Assembly (NCBI GenBank): GCA_934277975.1
Contig: CAKQWE010000003.1
Coordinates: 12,419 to 76,418, forward strand
Length of the DNA stretch: 64,000 nt
Reading direction: 5' to 3'
Source of the DNA: an uncultured Spirochaetales bacterium
Lineage (GTDB): Bacteria > Spirochaetota > Spirochaetia > Sphaerochaetales > Sphaerochaetaceae
Below, piece after piece: positions 8,616 through 17,796 of this stretch. A model generated the notes under the pieces. The model did not search any database and was not told where the DNA came from. It saw only the letters and a list, made by a program, of their open reading frames with translations. Made by a program: the position numbers and the translations under genes. The first letter of the stretch is position 1. Each line of letters opens with the position of its first letter.

Positions 8616-9953
8616 ATGTTCGATTCAATCAGCGATAAGTTTTCATCGATAATACGTTCCATCTCGGGAAAGTCCAAGATAAGCGAGAAGAACATCCAGG
8701 ATGCAATGGAGGAGATCAAGGTAGCCCTCCTAGATGCGGATGTGAATCTTCGTGTTGTAAGACGCTTTGTCAACCGGACCATGGAGGAGGCTCTTGGAGA
8801 CAAGGTCCTCAAGTCCGTGGATCCTGGCCAGCAGTTCGTCAAGATCGTCTACGACAAGATGGTCCAGTTGCTTGGAGACCCTGACAACCAGGCACTCAGG
8901 CTCAAGGGTCCTGACACGGTGACCGTCATCCTCATGATGGGACTTCAGGGCTCCGGTAAGACCACGACCAGCGCAAAGCTTGCACTCAACCTAAAGAAGC
9001 AGGGTAGACGTGTCATGCTGGCTGCATGCGACTTGGTAAGGCCCGCCGCAATCACGCAGCTTCAGGTCCTGGGAGAACAGATCGATGTCCCTGTGTATGC
9101 AGAGCTTGACACCAAGAACGCCGTTCAGGTGGCCCAGAACGCCCTCAAGAAGGCAAAGCGCGAGCAGTATGACGTGCTCATCGTGGATACATCCGGCAGA
9201 ATGCACCTTGACGAAGGTATGATGCAGGAGATCCAGGACATAGACAAGGCCCTGAACCCTGATGAGACGCTCTTTGTCGCAGATGCCATGACGGGCCAGA
9301 ACGCCGTGACCATTGCTCAGGAGTTCGAAAGCAAGGTTGGAATCACCGGCGTTGTGCTTACGAAGTTCGACTCCGACACAAGAGGCGGTGCAGCCCTGTC
9401 CCTCAGGGAGGTCGTTGGAAAGCCAATCAAGTTCATAGGCGTTGGCGAGAAGATGGACAACCTTGAGCCGTTCTATCCAGACAGGATGGCGAGCCGCATT
9501 CTTGGCATGGGCGACATAGTGACCCTTGTCGAGAAGGCTCAGGAGACATACGACCTCAAGCAGGCTGAGAAACTGCAGGAGAAGATGGCCAAGAACACCT
9601 TCGACCTCCAGGACTATCTTGAGCAGCTTGAGAACATGACGAAGATGGGTGGAGTGGGCAAACTCATAGATATGCTGCCTGGTGCGAAGGGAAATATATC
9701 GGAAGACGACATAAATACGGACGAATTGCGAAAAGAAAAGGCGATTATCCAGTCTATGACCTTCCAAGAAAGACAAAATATCTATATAATTGGTCCGGCC
9801 CGCAAGAAAAGGATTGCAAAGGGCAGTGGGACGTCGGTAGGTGAGGTAGGTCATCTATTGAAGAAGTTCGAAAAGATGCGGCTGAACATGAAGAAGCTCG
9901 CTAAGAATAAAAAGTACCAGGCTGCTTTGATGAAGCAGATGGGGATGAACTGA
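8616..9953 (+). CDS. ffh: signal recognition particle protein Ffh
   Basis: [29 protein letters not shown], and a Met-rich M domain. Confidence 0.95.
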   Translation: MFDSISDKFSSIIRSISGKSKISEKNIQDAMEEIKVALLDADVNLRVVRRFVNRTMEEALGDKVLKSVDPGQQFVKIVYDKMVQLLGDPDNQALRLKGPDTVTVILMMGLQGSGKTTTSAKLALNLKKQGRRVMLAACDLVRPAAITQLQVLGEQIDVPVYAELDTKNAVQVAQNALKKAKREQYDVLIVDTSGRMHLDEGMMQEIQDIDKALNPDETLFVADAMTGQNAVTIAQEFESKVGITGVVLTKFDSDTRGGAALSLREVVGKPIKFIGVGEKMDNLEPFYPDRMASRILGMGDIVTLVEKAQETYDLKQAEKLQEKMAKNTFDLQDYLEQLENMTKMGGVGKLIDMLPGAKGNISEDDINTDELRKEKAIIQSMTFQERQNIYIIGPARKKRIAKGSGTSVGEVGHLLKKFEKMRLNMKKLAKNKKYQAALMKQMGMN

Positions 9954-9975
9954 GATTCGTTTAGGAGGAATTGAC

Positions 9976-10245
9976 GTGAGCGTTGGTATCAGATTGAAGA
10001 GATTCGGTACGAAGAAGAGACCCTACTACAGAGTAGTCGTCATGGATTCAAGAGAGTCCAACAAGGGCAGACCACTTGAGGAGATTGGCTACTATCATCC
10101 AGTCGAGTCGGAGAATCAGGTCAAGATCGATGCTGAGAGAGTCGCCTACTGGATTGGCGTTGGTGCAAAGCCATCGGATACCGTCAAGATGCTTTTGGCA
10201 AAGCAGGGTATCCCAACCACAGCAAAGGCTCCTGTAAAGGACTGA
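9976..10245 (+). CDS. rpsP: 30S ribosomal protein S16
   Basis: (GTG)[21 protein letters not shown], with AGGAGG upstream. Confidence 0.95.
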   Translation: MSVGIRLKRFGTKKRPYYRVVVMDSRESNKGRPLEEIGYYHPVESENQVKIDAERVAYWIGVGAKPSDTVKMLLAKQGIPTTAKAPVKD

Positions 10246-10249
10246 GCCC

Positions 10250-10483
10250 GTGGAGAAGGAACTGGTCGAATACATCGTCAGATCGCTCGTCGATCATCCT
10301 GACTGCGTAGAGGTCAATGTCGTGGAGGGCGAAAAGTCCACCATACTTGAGCTTAGGGTTTCGCAGGATGATCTGGGCAAGGTCATAGGCAAGCAGGGAA
10401 GGATAGCCAAGGCTCTCAGAACCATTCTGAGTGCAACGGCGACCAAGACCGGAAAGCATGCCAGCCTTGAAATTCTGGACTGA
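10250..10483 (+). CDS. KH-domain RNA-binding protein (YlqC family)
   Basis: 77 aa with the [17 protein letters not shown] motif, in the conserved position between rpsP and rimM. Confidence 0.85.
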   Translation: MEKELVEYIVRSLVDHPDCVEVNVVEGEKSTILELRVSQDDLGKVIGKQGRIAKALRTILSATATKTGKHASLEILD

Positions 10484-10489
10484 CTGGGT

Positions 10490-10996
10490 ATGAAGCAGGT
10501 CCTTGCAACCGGAATAGTGAGATCCCCTCATGGTGTGAAAGGCTATGTCAAGGTCAGGCCGTTTTCGGATGATTTTGAGCATTTCTTTTCTCTGAAGGAA
10601 GTTGTCCTTCAGCGTGATGGGAAGAGCAGAAAAGGTGAGATTGAGCAGGTCCAAAGCCATGCCGGTGAGCTTCTTGTGAAGTTCCGAGGCATAGACAGTC
10701 CTGAGGACGCTCGTTTCATTTCTGGCTGGGACATTCTGGTACCCAGGGAGCAGGCCAGCAAACTAGGCGAGGGAGAGGTATACACAGCAGACCTTCCGGG
10801 TATGAAGCTGGTATATGGAGACGAAGAGGTTGGAGAGGTGGTGTCCACCATCGAAGGGGCGCAGGCGCTTCTGCTTGAGGTGCTCGCTTTGGATGGAAGG
10901 AAATACATGGTTCCGTACATGAAAGGTGTGTTCGTGGACGATGTGGATCCTGAAAAGGGGACCATGACGCTTCTTGTGAGAGAGCTGTTGGGATGA
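10490..10996 (+). CDS. rimM: 16S rRNA processing protein RimM
   Basis: GIVRSPHGVKGYVKV N-terminus, PRC-barrel C-terminus, and synteny. Confidence 0.85.
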   Translation: MKQVLATGIVRSPHGVKGYVKVRPFSDDFEHFFSLKEVVLQRDGKSRKGEIEQVQSHAGELLVKFRGIDSPEDARFISGWDILVPREQASKLGEGEVYTADLPGMKLVYGDEEVGEVVSTIEGAQALLLEVLALDGRKYMVPYMKGVFVDDVDPEKGTMTLLVRELLG

Positions 10997-11724
10997 AGAT
11001 CGAAGTCCTTACGCTTTTTCCACAGATGCTTGAAGGCTTCTTCACGAATTCTATCATGGCACGTGCCGTCAAGGCTGGGATAATATCCTATGACCTCCTT
11101 GATTGGAGGCAGTTCGCACTTGACAGGCATCACAAATGTGACGATTCACCCTTTGGTGGGGGTGCAGGCATGGTCATCAAACCTGAACCGCTCTTCAAAG
11201 CTCTGGATAGCGTTGATGCCATGAACAAGCGTGTTGTCTACGCTTCGCCGTCAGGCAGACGATTGACGCAGGACTATGCAAGGGATCTGAGCCGGGAACC
11301 TGAGCTGGTCTTCATCTGCGGTCATTACGAAGGTATAGACCAGCGGATCATAGATCGTTATGTGGACGATGAGATAAGCATAGGCGACTACGTGGTTTCT
11401 TCAGGGGAGGTAGCCACCCTGGTGATAATAGATGCGCTCTATAGGCTCATAGACGGCGTTATCACGGATTCCTCGCTCGACGAGGAGAGCTTCACCGGCC
11501 CGTTGCTGGAATACCCACAGTATACGCGTCCGGAGACCTATTGCGGAATGTCTGTTCCTGATATATTATTGTCAGGTCATCATGCCAACATAGAGAAGTG
11601 GAGGCTGCGAAAAAGGCTTGAGAAGACTTTGTCCAACAGGCCCGACCTGCTGGAATCTGCATCGCTTGACGAGAAGACCAGCAAGTTGCTACAAGAAATC
11701 AAATTGACCAAGGGGTTAGATTAA
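10993..11724 (+). CDS. trmD: tRNA (guanine37-N1)-methyltransferase TrmD
   Basis: [19 protein letters not shown], and [11 protein letters not shown] motifs. Confidence 0.95.
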   Translation: MKIEVLTLFPQMLEGFFTNSIMARAVKAGIISYDLLDWRQFALDRHHKCDDSPFGGGAGMVIKPEPLFKALDSVDAMNKRVVYASPSGRRLTQDYARDLSREPELVFICGHYEGIDQRIIDRYVDDEISIGDYVVSSGEVATLVIIDALYRLIDGVITDSSLDEESFTGPLLEYPQYTRPETYCGMSVPDILLSGHHANIEKWRLRKRLEKTLSNRPDLLESASLDEKTSKLLQEIKLTKGLD

Positions 11725-11725
11725 A

Positions 11726-12085
11726 ATGGACTTGATTAAGGCTATTGAACAGGAACAGATGAAGCAGGATGCCGAGAACTTCCACGTTGGAGACACCGTC
11801 AAGGTTTACTTCAAGATCGTCGAAGGTGCAAACGAGAGAATACAGGCCTATGAAGGCACTGTCATTGCAAAGAACAACTCTGGCATCAGACGTACATTCG
11901 TCGTGAGAAAGATTTCCTACGGTGTTGGCGTTGAGAGGATATTCCCTCTCCACTCACCAAGAGTTGAGAAGATCGAGGTCATCAGACGCGGTCGTGTCAG
12001 AAGAGCCAAGCTCTACTACCTCAGAGACAAGATTGGTAAGGCAGCCAAGGTTCCTGAGCAGATCCGCGGACACAAGGGAATCTGA
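11726..12085 (+). CDS. rplS: 50S ribosomal protein L19
   Basis: [16 protein letters not shown]...RIQAYEG and RRAKLYYLR motifs. Confidence 0.95.
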   Translation: MDLIKAIEQEQMKQDAENFHVGDTVKVYFKIVEGANERIQAYEGTVIAKNNSGIRRTFVVRKISYGVGVERIFPLHSPRVEKIEVIRRGRVRRAKLYYLRDKIGKAAKVPEQIRGHKGI

Positions 12086-12107
12086 GTTCTATAGGTTTTC
12101 TTATACA

Positions 12108-12146
12108 GGACGGAAAAGACCGGTTGGTCTTCTCCGTCTTTTTTGT
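12108..12146 (+). terminator. Rho-independent terminator after rplS
   Basis: GGACGGAAAAGACC-GGTT-GGTCTTCTCCGTC hairpin followed by TTTTTTGT. Confidence 0.75.
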
Positions 12147-12156
12147 TTAGGGATGT

Positions 12157-12495
12157 ATGGATAAAGGGAAGCAGTCTGAACAAGTGGTATCGGCCTATCT
12201 GGAAAACCTTGGATATTCTGTCTTGGAAAGGAATTACAGGTGTAGGTTCGGTGAGGTGGACATCATTGCATCCAAGGATGGCGTGCTGTGTTTCGTGGAG
12301 GTCAAATCCCTCACGTCAAGGTGGGATGAAAGCGAGATTTCAAGGATGGTGGGCCCTGCCAAGATGAGGCGCATAAGGTTGACTGCAATCGATTATTTGA
12401 ATACTGTTGACCACAAGGGGCGCTTTGATAACACGAGGTTCGACGTCGCTACTGTGACAAATGGATGCGTCTCCTACTACGAAGGAGTTTTCTGA
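12157..12495 (+). CDS. yraN: YraN family (UPF0102) predicted endonuclease
   Basis: 112 aa with GYSVLERNYRCRFGEVDIIASKDGVLCFVEVKS, the typical YraN core. Its last 49 codons lie inside the left 162 bp repeat. Confidence 0.85.
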   Translation: MDKGKQSEQVVSAYLENLGYSVLERNYRCRFGEVDIIASKDGVLCFVEVKSLTSRWDESEISRMVGPAKMRRIRLTAIDYLNTVDHKGRFDNTRFDVATVTNGCVSYYEGVF

Positions 12496-12508
12496 TGGAT
12501 AACAGAAA
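12347..12508 (+). repeat. left copy of the 162 bp direct repeat (attL-like)
   Basis: Identical at every base to 18737-18898 in my manual comparison. Flanking bases differ (12346 a vs 18736 g; 12509 t vs 18899 g). Confidence 0.95.
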
Positions 12509-12614
12509 TCTCACGAAGCTTTTTTGTAGACAGTAAGCTTAAAGCTGTATTGTTTTGTATTGCATTATATTGAAATCTCTTTGAAATGCAACTTAAGTGT
12601 AGTATGCTAGCACT

Positions 12615-13580
12615 ATGGAAGGCGACAAACTTTTCAAACATGTTTATGATTTGTCTCCGCTTCTTCTCGATACACTGCTCAGAGATCGTACAACTGGCCG
12701 TTATATCCTTTGGATGACGAATAACTACGAACAGTATGGCTCTGGGTATGGGGAGCTCTGTGAAATTACTCCAAAACTCATACTTAGAGATTCAATGTCC
12801 ATTATCAAGCCTCGTAACGAGAAATCAGTTGAGGAACAAAGCATTCGAATAAAGGGGAAAGCTGAGGTTTTTACCCCCTCGTGGGTCTGTAACTTCCAGA
12901 ACAATCTTGTAGATGAAGCGTTCTTCGGTCGGAAAAACGTCTTCAACGTTTCCGAAGGCACAATGTGGACAGCAACCGATCACGTCGATTTTTGCGAGTA
13001 TGACTGGCGGAAATACGTCACTGCCTGTCGATTGGAAATTTCATGTGGCGAAGCTCCTTATTTGGTATCTCGCTATGATACGACTACAGGACATCCCATT
13101 GATATTCATAAACGCATAGGGTTGCTTGACCGCAAGCTACGTGTGGTTGATGAGAACTGTTCTAATCAAAACTGGCACTGCTGGGTGAAGAAGGCTTTTC
13201 AGTCCATCTACGGGTATGAATGGTCAGGGGATAATTTGTTTCTCGCAAGACAGAATCTGATGTTTACATACATGGATTACTTCATTGCGCATTTCGGCAG
13301 ATTCCCGGAAGAGGCGAAATTGTCAGAAATAGCAGAGATTATTTCGTGGAATATCTGGCAGATGGATGGTATCAGGTTTGTCGTTCCATGTTCTTGTCAT
13401 GAAGAGATTGTTTGCGAATCTCTGTTCGATGATGATGTGATCAAACGGCCATGCGAAGGGTGTATGACTGAAAACGTCTGCCGTCACAACGGTGTATACA
13501 GTAACATAAGGGACTGGAAAAAGAACGAAGTTGTATCGGCAGTCAGTCTAATAGGGGGGCCGAATGCCAAACGACATTGA
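12615..13580 (+). CDS. methyltransferase-like protein lacking motif IV, with a C-terminal Cys cluster; function unknown
   Basis: 321 aa. AEVFTPSWVCNFQNNLVD (aa 83-100) resembles gamma-class N6A-MTase motif X. LEISCGEAPYL (aa 140-150) resembles motif I. IYGYEWSGDNLFLARQNL (aa 198-215) resembles the HsdM-like xYGxExxxxxxxLAxxNL element. I found no (D/N)PP(Y/F) anywhere. There is a CSCH...C...CEGC...C cluster at aa 259-289. The ORF overlaps the next gene by 17 nt. Confidence 0.6.
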   Translation: MEGDKLFKHVYDLSPLLLDTLLRDRTTGRYILWMTNNYEQYGSGYGELCEITPKLILRDSMSIIKPRNEKSVEEQSIRIKGKAEVFTPSWVCNFQNNLVDEAFFGRKNVFNVSEGTMWTATDHVDFCEYDWRKYVTACRLEISCGEAPYLVSRYDTTTGHPIDIHKRIGLLDRKLRVVDENCSNQNWHCWVKKAFQSIYGYEWSGDNLFLARQNLMFTYMDYFIAHFGRFPEEAKLSEIAEIISWNIWQMDGIRFVVPCSCHEEIVCESLFDDDVIKRPCEGCMTENVCRHNGVYSNIRDWKKNEVVSAVSLIGGPNAKRH

Positions 13581-16500
13581 ATTCAACTCGGCGTTCTCGA
13601 ATGTTCTCATATATGTATTCAGAATCAATGATGATGTCCACAAGGACTATCTCAAGATTGGAAAGACAACAATCAAGGCTGACAAGGCTACCGTTCCGAT
13701 GCTTGTACCCAACTGTTCGTTGCTTAACAAGGCAGCAAAAGCCAGGATTGACCAGTACACCAAGACTGCAAACATCACCTATGATTTGCTTCATACGGAG
13801 CTGGCCATAAGGCCGAAGAAGGATGATCCGACACGCAATGAGTATTTCACGGATTCAGATGTCCATAAGGTTCTGATTCATTCAAATATCAAACGCAAAG
13901 AGACCGATGGAGCCCGGGAATGGTTCAGGTGCAATCTTGAAACAGTGAAGAATGCCATCAGAGCAGCCAAACATCATGAAAACTCTCTGACACCAGGAGA
14001 AATCTCCATCAGTCGTGATCCTATAGTGTTCAGGCCAGAACAGCAGCAGGCCATTGCTGACACCAAAAAGTGTTTCAGAACCCACAACAAGATGCTGTGG
14101 AATGCAAAAATGCGTTTTGGTAAGACGTTGACATCCCTGCAGGTTGTCAAAGATTTGAAGTTCCGTAGGACAATCATTATCACTCATCGGCCTGTTGTGA
14201 AGAATTCCTGGGGTGAGGATTTTGAAAAGGTTTTCAACAACTCTTCAGACTGGCATTATATCAAGAAGGATGAGACTACGCCTGATGTTGAGCCTGAGGT
14301 CAACGGATACATCACAGGGGATAAGCCTTTCGTTTTGTTTGCCTCAATGCAGGATTTGCGCGGGTCCATGACTGTTGGAGGCAAGTTTGACAAGAATGAA
14401 CTGATATTCAAGACTGAGTGGGACTGCGTGATTGTTGACGAGGCCCATGAGGGTACGAAGACATCTCTGGGCGACAACGTACTGAAGACCATTATAAAGG
14501 CCGATTCATATGGTAAGACGAAGGTCTTATACCTCTCAGGAACCCCGTTCAATCTTGTCGAGGACTTTGATGAGGTAGAAGTCTTTACGTGGGACTATGT
14601 AATGGAGCAGTCAAGTAAGGCTAATTGGGATATCTGTCACAGGCTGGATTCCAACCCGTATGAAAATCTTCCAATGCTTTACATCTACACGTACGATCTA
14701 GCGCAAGAGATTCGTGGATTCATAGAGACTGAAGACAAATCCTTTAACTTCAAAGAGTTTTTCAGAGTTTGGACAGGAAAGGCCAAACAGGATGGTAAGG
14801 TTCTCAATGACGACAGCCTCATTGGTCGTTTCGTTCATGAAGATGAGGTGAAATCTTTTCTCAATCTGCTGGTAAACAAGGATGCCAATTCGAACTATCC
14901 GTATTCATGTGAAGTCTACCGCGATTATTTCAGACACTCGCTCTGGATTCTTCCTGGTGTGAAGGAAGCCAAAGCTCTCAGCGAGCTCCTTCGAGAACAT
15001 CCAATCTTCAGAGGTTTTGGAATCGCTAATGTTGCCGGTGATGGAGATGAAGAACAGGAAAGCAAAGATGCCTTAAAAGAGGTTAACGGAAAAATCACCA
15101 ATCACCCGGAGAAAACCTACACAATTACACTGTCATGTGGCCGCCTGACTACAGGTGTGACAGTCCCACCATGGACGGCGGTTCTCATGCTTTCAGGTTC
15201 ATATTCGGTCTCAGCATCCAACTACCTTCAAACGATATTTCGTGTCCAGTCTCCTGCCAATATTGATGGCCGAATTAAAGACAAGTGTTTCGTCTTCGAT
15301 TTTGCTCCCGATCGTACGCTGAAGATGGTCGCGGAGGCTGGAAAGCTCTCCACTCGACCTGGAAAGAATGATGAATCTTCAGAGAAACAAATGAGAGATC
15401 TCCTGAATTTCTGTCCAGTCATCTCCATTAAGGGATCTCTCATGAAGGCATATGATGTAGATTCGATGCTCCAGCAGATCAAGCACATCTATGCTGAACG
15501 TGTTGTAAGAAATGGATTCGACGATCCAAAACTCTACAACGACAAGTTGCTCCATCTGACAGACATCGAGAACGAAAAGTTCAAAGGCTTGAAGGAAATC
15601 GTTGGCGCATCGAAAGCCGTAGACATCAACAGGAACATTACGCTCTCCAATGTTGGACTGACGAAGGAAGAACGTGAGCTTATCGATAAGGCTGATAAAG
15701 GGAAGAAATCTGAACTGAGCGATGAAGATAAGGAACGACTTGAGAAATTGAAAAAGGCCAAGGAGGAACGCAGTAAGGCAATCAGTATCCTTCGTGCTAT
15801 TTCCATAAGAATTCCGCTCTTGATCTATGGGTCTGAAATTCCGTTCGATGAGGATATCTCTATTGAGAATTTCATCGACCTTGTGGACGATCAATCTTGG
15901 GAGGAATTCATGCCAAGCAAGGTAACAAAGGATCTGTTCCGCCAGTTTATTGAGTATTACGACAAGGACATTTTCATCGTTGCAGGGAAGTCCATCAGAG
16001 CTCTCGTGAAAGGTGCAGACGAACTAGATCCAACGACGCGCATCAAGCGCATCGCCGATGTGTTTAGGATGTTCAAGAACCCAGACAAAGAGACCGTTTT
16101 GACTCCGTGGCGAGTGGTTAACATGCATATGTCTAATACTCTTGGTGGTTGGGATTCCTTTGCCGAGGATAATCGGGAACTGCTTGAAAATCCAAGGTTC
16201 GTGGATAACGGCGATGTTACAAGGAAGTGTTTGTCTCCTGATTCCAAAGTTTTGGAAATCAATTCGAAATCTGGTTTGTATCCATTGTATATAACATATT
16301 CGATTTTTAGGGAGCGATGCAAGAATATTCCTGATAGCATCCTTACTCCAGATAAAATGGACGAACTGTGGAGTCTTACGGTTGCCGAGAATGTGTATGT
16401 TGTATGCAAGACCAAGATGGCAAGAGCGATAACTAAGCGCACATTGCTTGGATACGAAAAGGGTAGGATTAATGCTCATGCATTTGAGGATTTAATCAAC

Positions 16501-17613
16501 CAGTTCAAAAGCAAGGCAGATCAGGTGTGTGAGAGAATCAAGGGAAGCAGCTTCTGGGAAAAGAAAGGAGTGAATAAAGATATGAAGTTCGATGCAGTTG
16601 TAGGAAATCCTCCGTACGATGAAGAAGGTAACAACACAAGAAAAACTCCAATTTATCAATACTTTTATGATGCAAGTTTCAAGCTTGCTCCAATTGTATC
16701 TTTAATTACACCTGCAAGATTCCTTTTTGACGCAGGACAAACATCTTCTGAATGGAATCATAAAATGCTTGCTGACGAGCATTTTAAAGTTGTTCGGTTC
16801 TTTGTAAATTCACAAGAAGTTTTTCCATCAGTCAGCATAAAAGGTGGTGTTGCAATAACGTATTGGTGTGAATATGAGAAGTTTGGAGCAATCGGGACTT
16901 TTACTTCTTTCAGTGAATTGAACAACATTCTTCAGAAGTCGACTTCTGATATCGAAGGGAAATCTACCATGGAGTCGATTATTCAGGCGCAAGGACTTTA
17001 TAGGTTCTCTGATGTATTCATGAATAAGCATCCTGAGATATCTGAGAAAATGGGTAAAGGAACCGGAGCAAAAATTACTTCTAAAATTGTTGATCAAATG
17101 GATAACTTGTTCCCAGAAAGTTCTGACAACATCGATGGAGATGCTGTCAAGCTTCTAATACGAACGAAAACTGGAAAGAGAGCATATCGATACATAAAAA
17201 GGGAGTATTTGCAGAATAACAGATATCTTGATTCATATAACGTGATTGTTCCAGAGTCAAATGGAACAGGTGCTATCGGAGAGGTGTTATCGACTCCCCT
17301 GATCGGGGAGCCCCTGATCGGGCATACAGATACCTTCCTGAGTATTGGTGCTTTTTCGACAGAAGAAGAAGCTTCCAATTGTATGAAGTATATCAAAACA
17401 CGATATGCAAGAGTGATGCTGGGTATCCTTAAGGCAACACAGCATAATTCGCCTTCCACATGGAAATACGTTCCGATGCAGAATTTCACCGCTTCTTCCG
17501 ACATCGACTGGTCACAGTCGGTGTCGGAAATCGACCAACAACTCTACAAAAAGTACAATCTGTCACCGTATGAAATCGCATTCATTGAAGAGAATGTTCA
17601 GCCCATGGAGTGA
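13564..17613 (+). CDS. 1349 aa multidomain protein: T5orf172/GIY-YIG-like N-terminus + SF2 (SNF2/res-like) helicase + Eco57I/TaqI_C-like NPPY methyltransferase module
   Basis: aa 14-130: LKIGKT...DVHKVL...GAREWF (T5orf172-like). Helicase motifs: AKMRFGKT (aa 181-188), VIVDEAHEG (289-297), LYLSGTPF (322-329), RLTTGVTVP (527-535), QTIFRVQS (556-563). MTase-like motifs: TVLTPWRVVNMHM (844-856), VLEINSKSGLYPLY (896-909, degenerate motif I), FDAVVGNPPY (1009-1018; NPPY at nt 16606-16617). The C-terminal ...TDTFLSIGAFSTEEEASNCMKYIKTRYARVML...LYKKYNLSPYEIAFIEENV resembles TaqI_C-type target-recognition tails. Confidence 0.75.
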   Translation: MPNDIEFNSAFSNVLIYVFRINDDVHKDYLKIGKTTIKADKATVPMLVPNCSLLNKAAKARIDQYTKTANITYDLLHTELAIRPKKDDPTRNEYFTDSDVHKVLIHSNIKRKETDGAREWFRCNLETVKNAIRAAKHHENSLTPGEISISRDPIVFRPEQQQAIADTKKCFRTHNKMLWNAKMRFGKTLTSLQVVKDLKFRRTIIITHRPVVKNSWGEDFEKVFNNSSDWHYIKKDETTPDVEPEVNGYITGDKPFVLFASMQDLRGSMTVGGKFDKNELIFKTEWDCVIVDEAHEGTKTSLGDNVLKTIIKADSYGKTKVLYLSGTPFNLVEDFDEVEVFTWDYVMEQSSKANWDICHRLDSNPYENLPMLYIYTYDLAQEIRGFIETEDKSFNFKEFFRVWTGKAKQDGKVLNDDSLIGRFVHEDEVKSFLNLLVNKDANSNYPYSCEVYRDYFRHSLWILPGVKEAKALSELLREHPIFRGFGIANVAGDGDEEQESKDALKEVNGKITNHPEKTYTITLSCGRLTTGVTVPPWTAVLMLSGSYSVSASNYLQTIFRVQSPANIDGRIKDKCFVFDFAPDRTLKMVAEAGKLSTRPGKNDESSEKQMRDLLNFCPVISIKGSLMKAYDVDSMLQQIKHIYAERVVRNGFDDPKLYNDKLLHLTDIENEKFKGLKEIVGASKAVDINRNITLSNVGLTKEERELIDKADKGKKSELSDEDKERLEKLKKAKEERSKAISILRAISIRIPLLIYGSEIPFDEDISIENFIDLVDDQSWEEFMPSKVTKDLFRQFIEYYDKDIFIVAGKSIRALVKGADELDPTTRIKRIADVFRMFKNPDKETVLTPWRVVNMHMSNTLGGWDSFAEDNRELLENPRFVDNGDVTRKCLSPDSKVLEINSKSGLYPLYITYSIFRERCKNIPDSILTPDKMDELWSLTVAENVYVVCKTKMARAITKRTLLGYEKGRINAHAFEDLINQFKSKADQVCERIKGSSFWEKKGVNKDMKFDAVVGNPPYDEEGNNTRKTPIYQYFYDASFKLAPIVSLITPARFLFDAGQTSSEWNHKMLADEHFKVVRFFVNSQEVFPSVSIKGGVAITYWCEYEKFGAIGTFTSFSELNNILQKSTSDIEGKSTMESIIQAQGLYRFSDVFMNKHPEISEKMGKGTGAKITSKIVDQMDNLFPESSDNIDGDAVKLLIRTKTGKRAYRYIKREYLQNNRYLDSYNVIVPESNGTGAIGEVLSTPLIGEPLIGHTDTFLSIGAFSTEEEASNCMKYIKTRYARVMLGILKATQHNSPSTWKYVPMQNFTASSDIDWSQSVSEIDQQLYKKYNLSPYEIAFIEENVQPME

Positions 17614-17616
17614 CTT

Positions 17617-17796
17617 ATGCCAAAAAAGACGAAAGACAGCGTAGCTATCTCCATGAGATTGGAGAAGACTGTTTATGAGAGGCTGAGAGCTTATGCAGAA
17701 GATAAGGGACAAACGTATACGACCGCCCTTGAACGTATTATCACAGCTTACCTAGATGAGCGAGAACAGAAACTAAAGGAAAAAGAGGAAAGGTAA
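17617..17796 (+). CDS. 59 aa ribbon-helix-helix (CopG/Arc/MetJ-like) protein
   Basis: Not in the ORF track because it is under 60 aa. Translation: MPKKTKDSVAISMRLEKTVYERLRAYAEDKGQTYTTALERIITAYLDEREQKLKEKEER. This gives a beta strand (ISMRLEK) followed by two helices. GGAG lies 6 nt upstream of the ATG. Its TAA overlaps the next ATG (TAATG at 17794-17798). Confidence 0.6.
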   Translation: MPKKTKDSVAISMRLEKTVYERLRAYAEDKGQTYTTALERIITAYLDEREQKLKEKEER

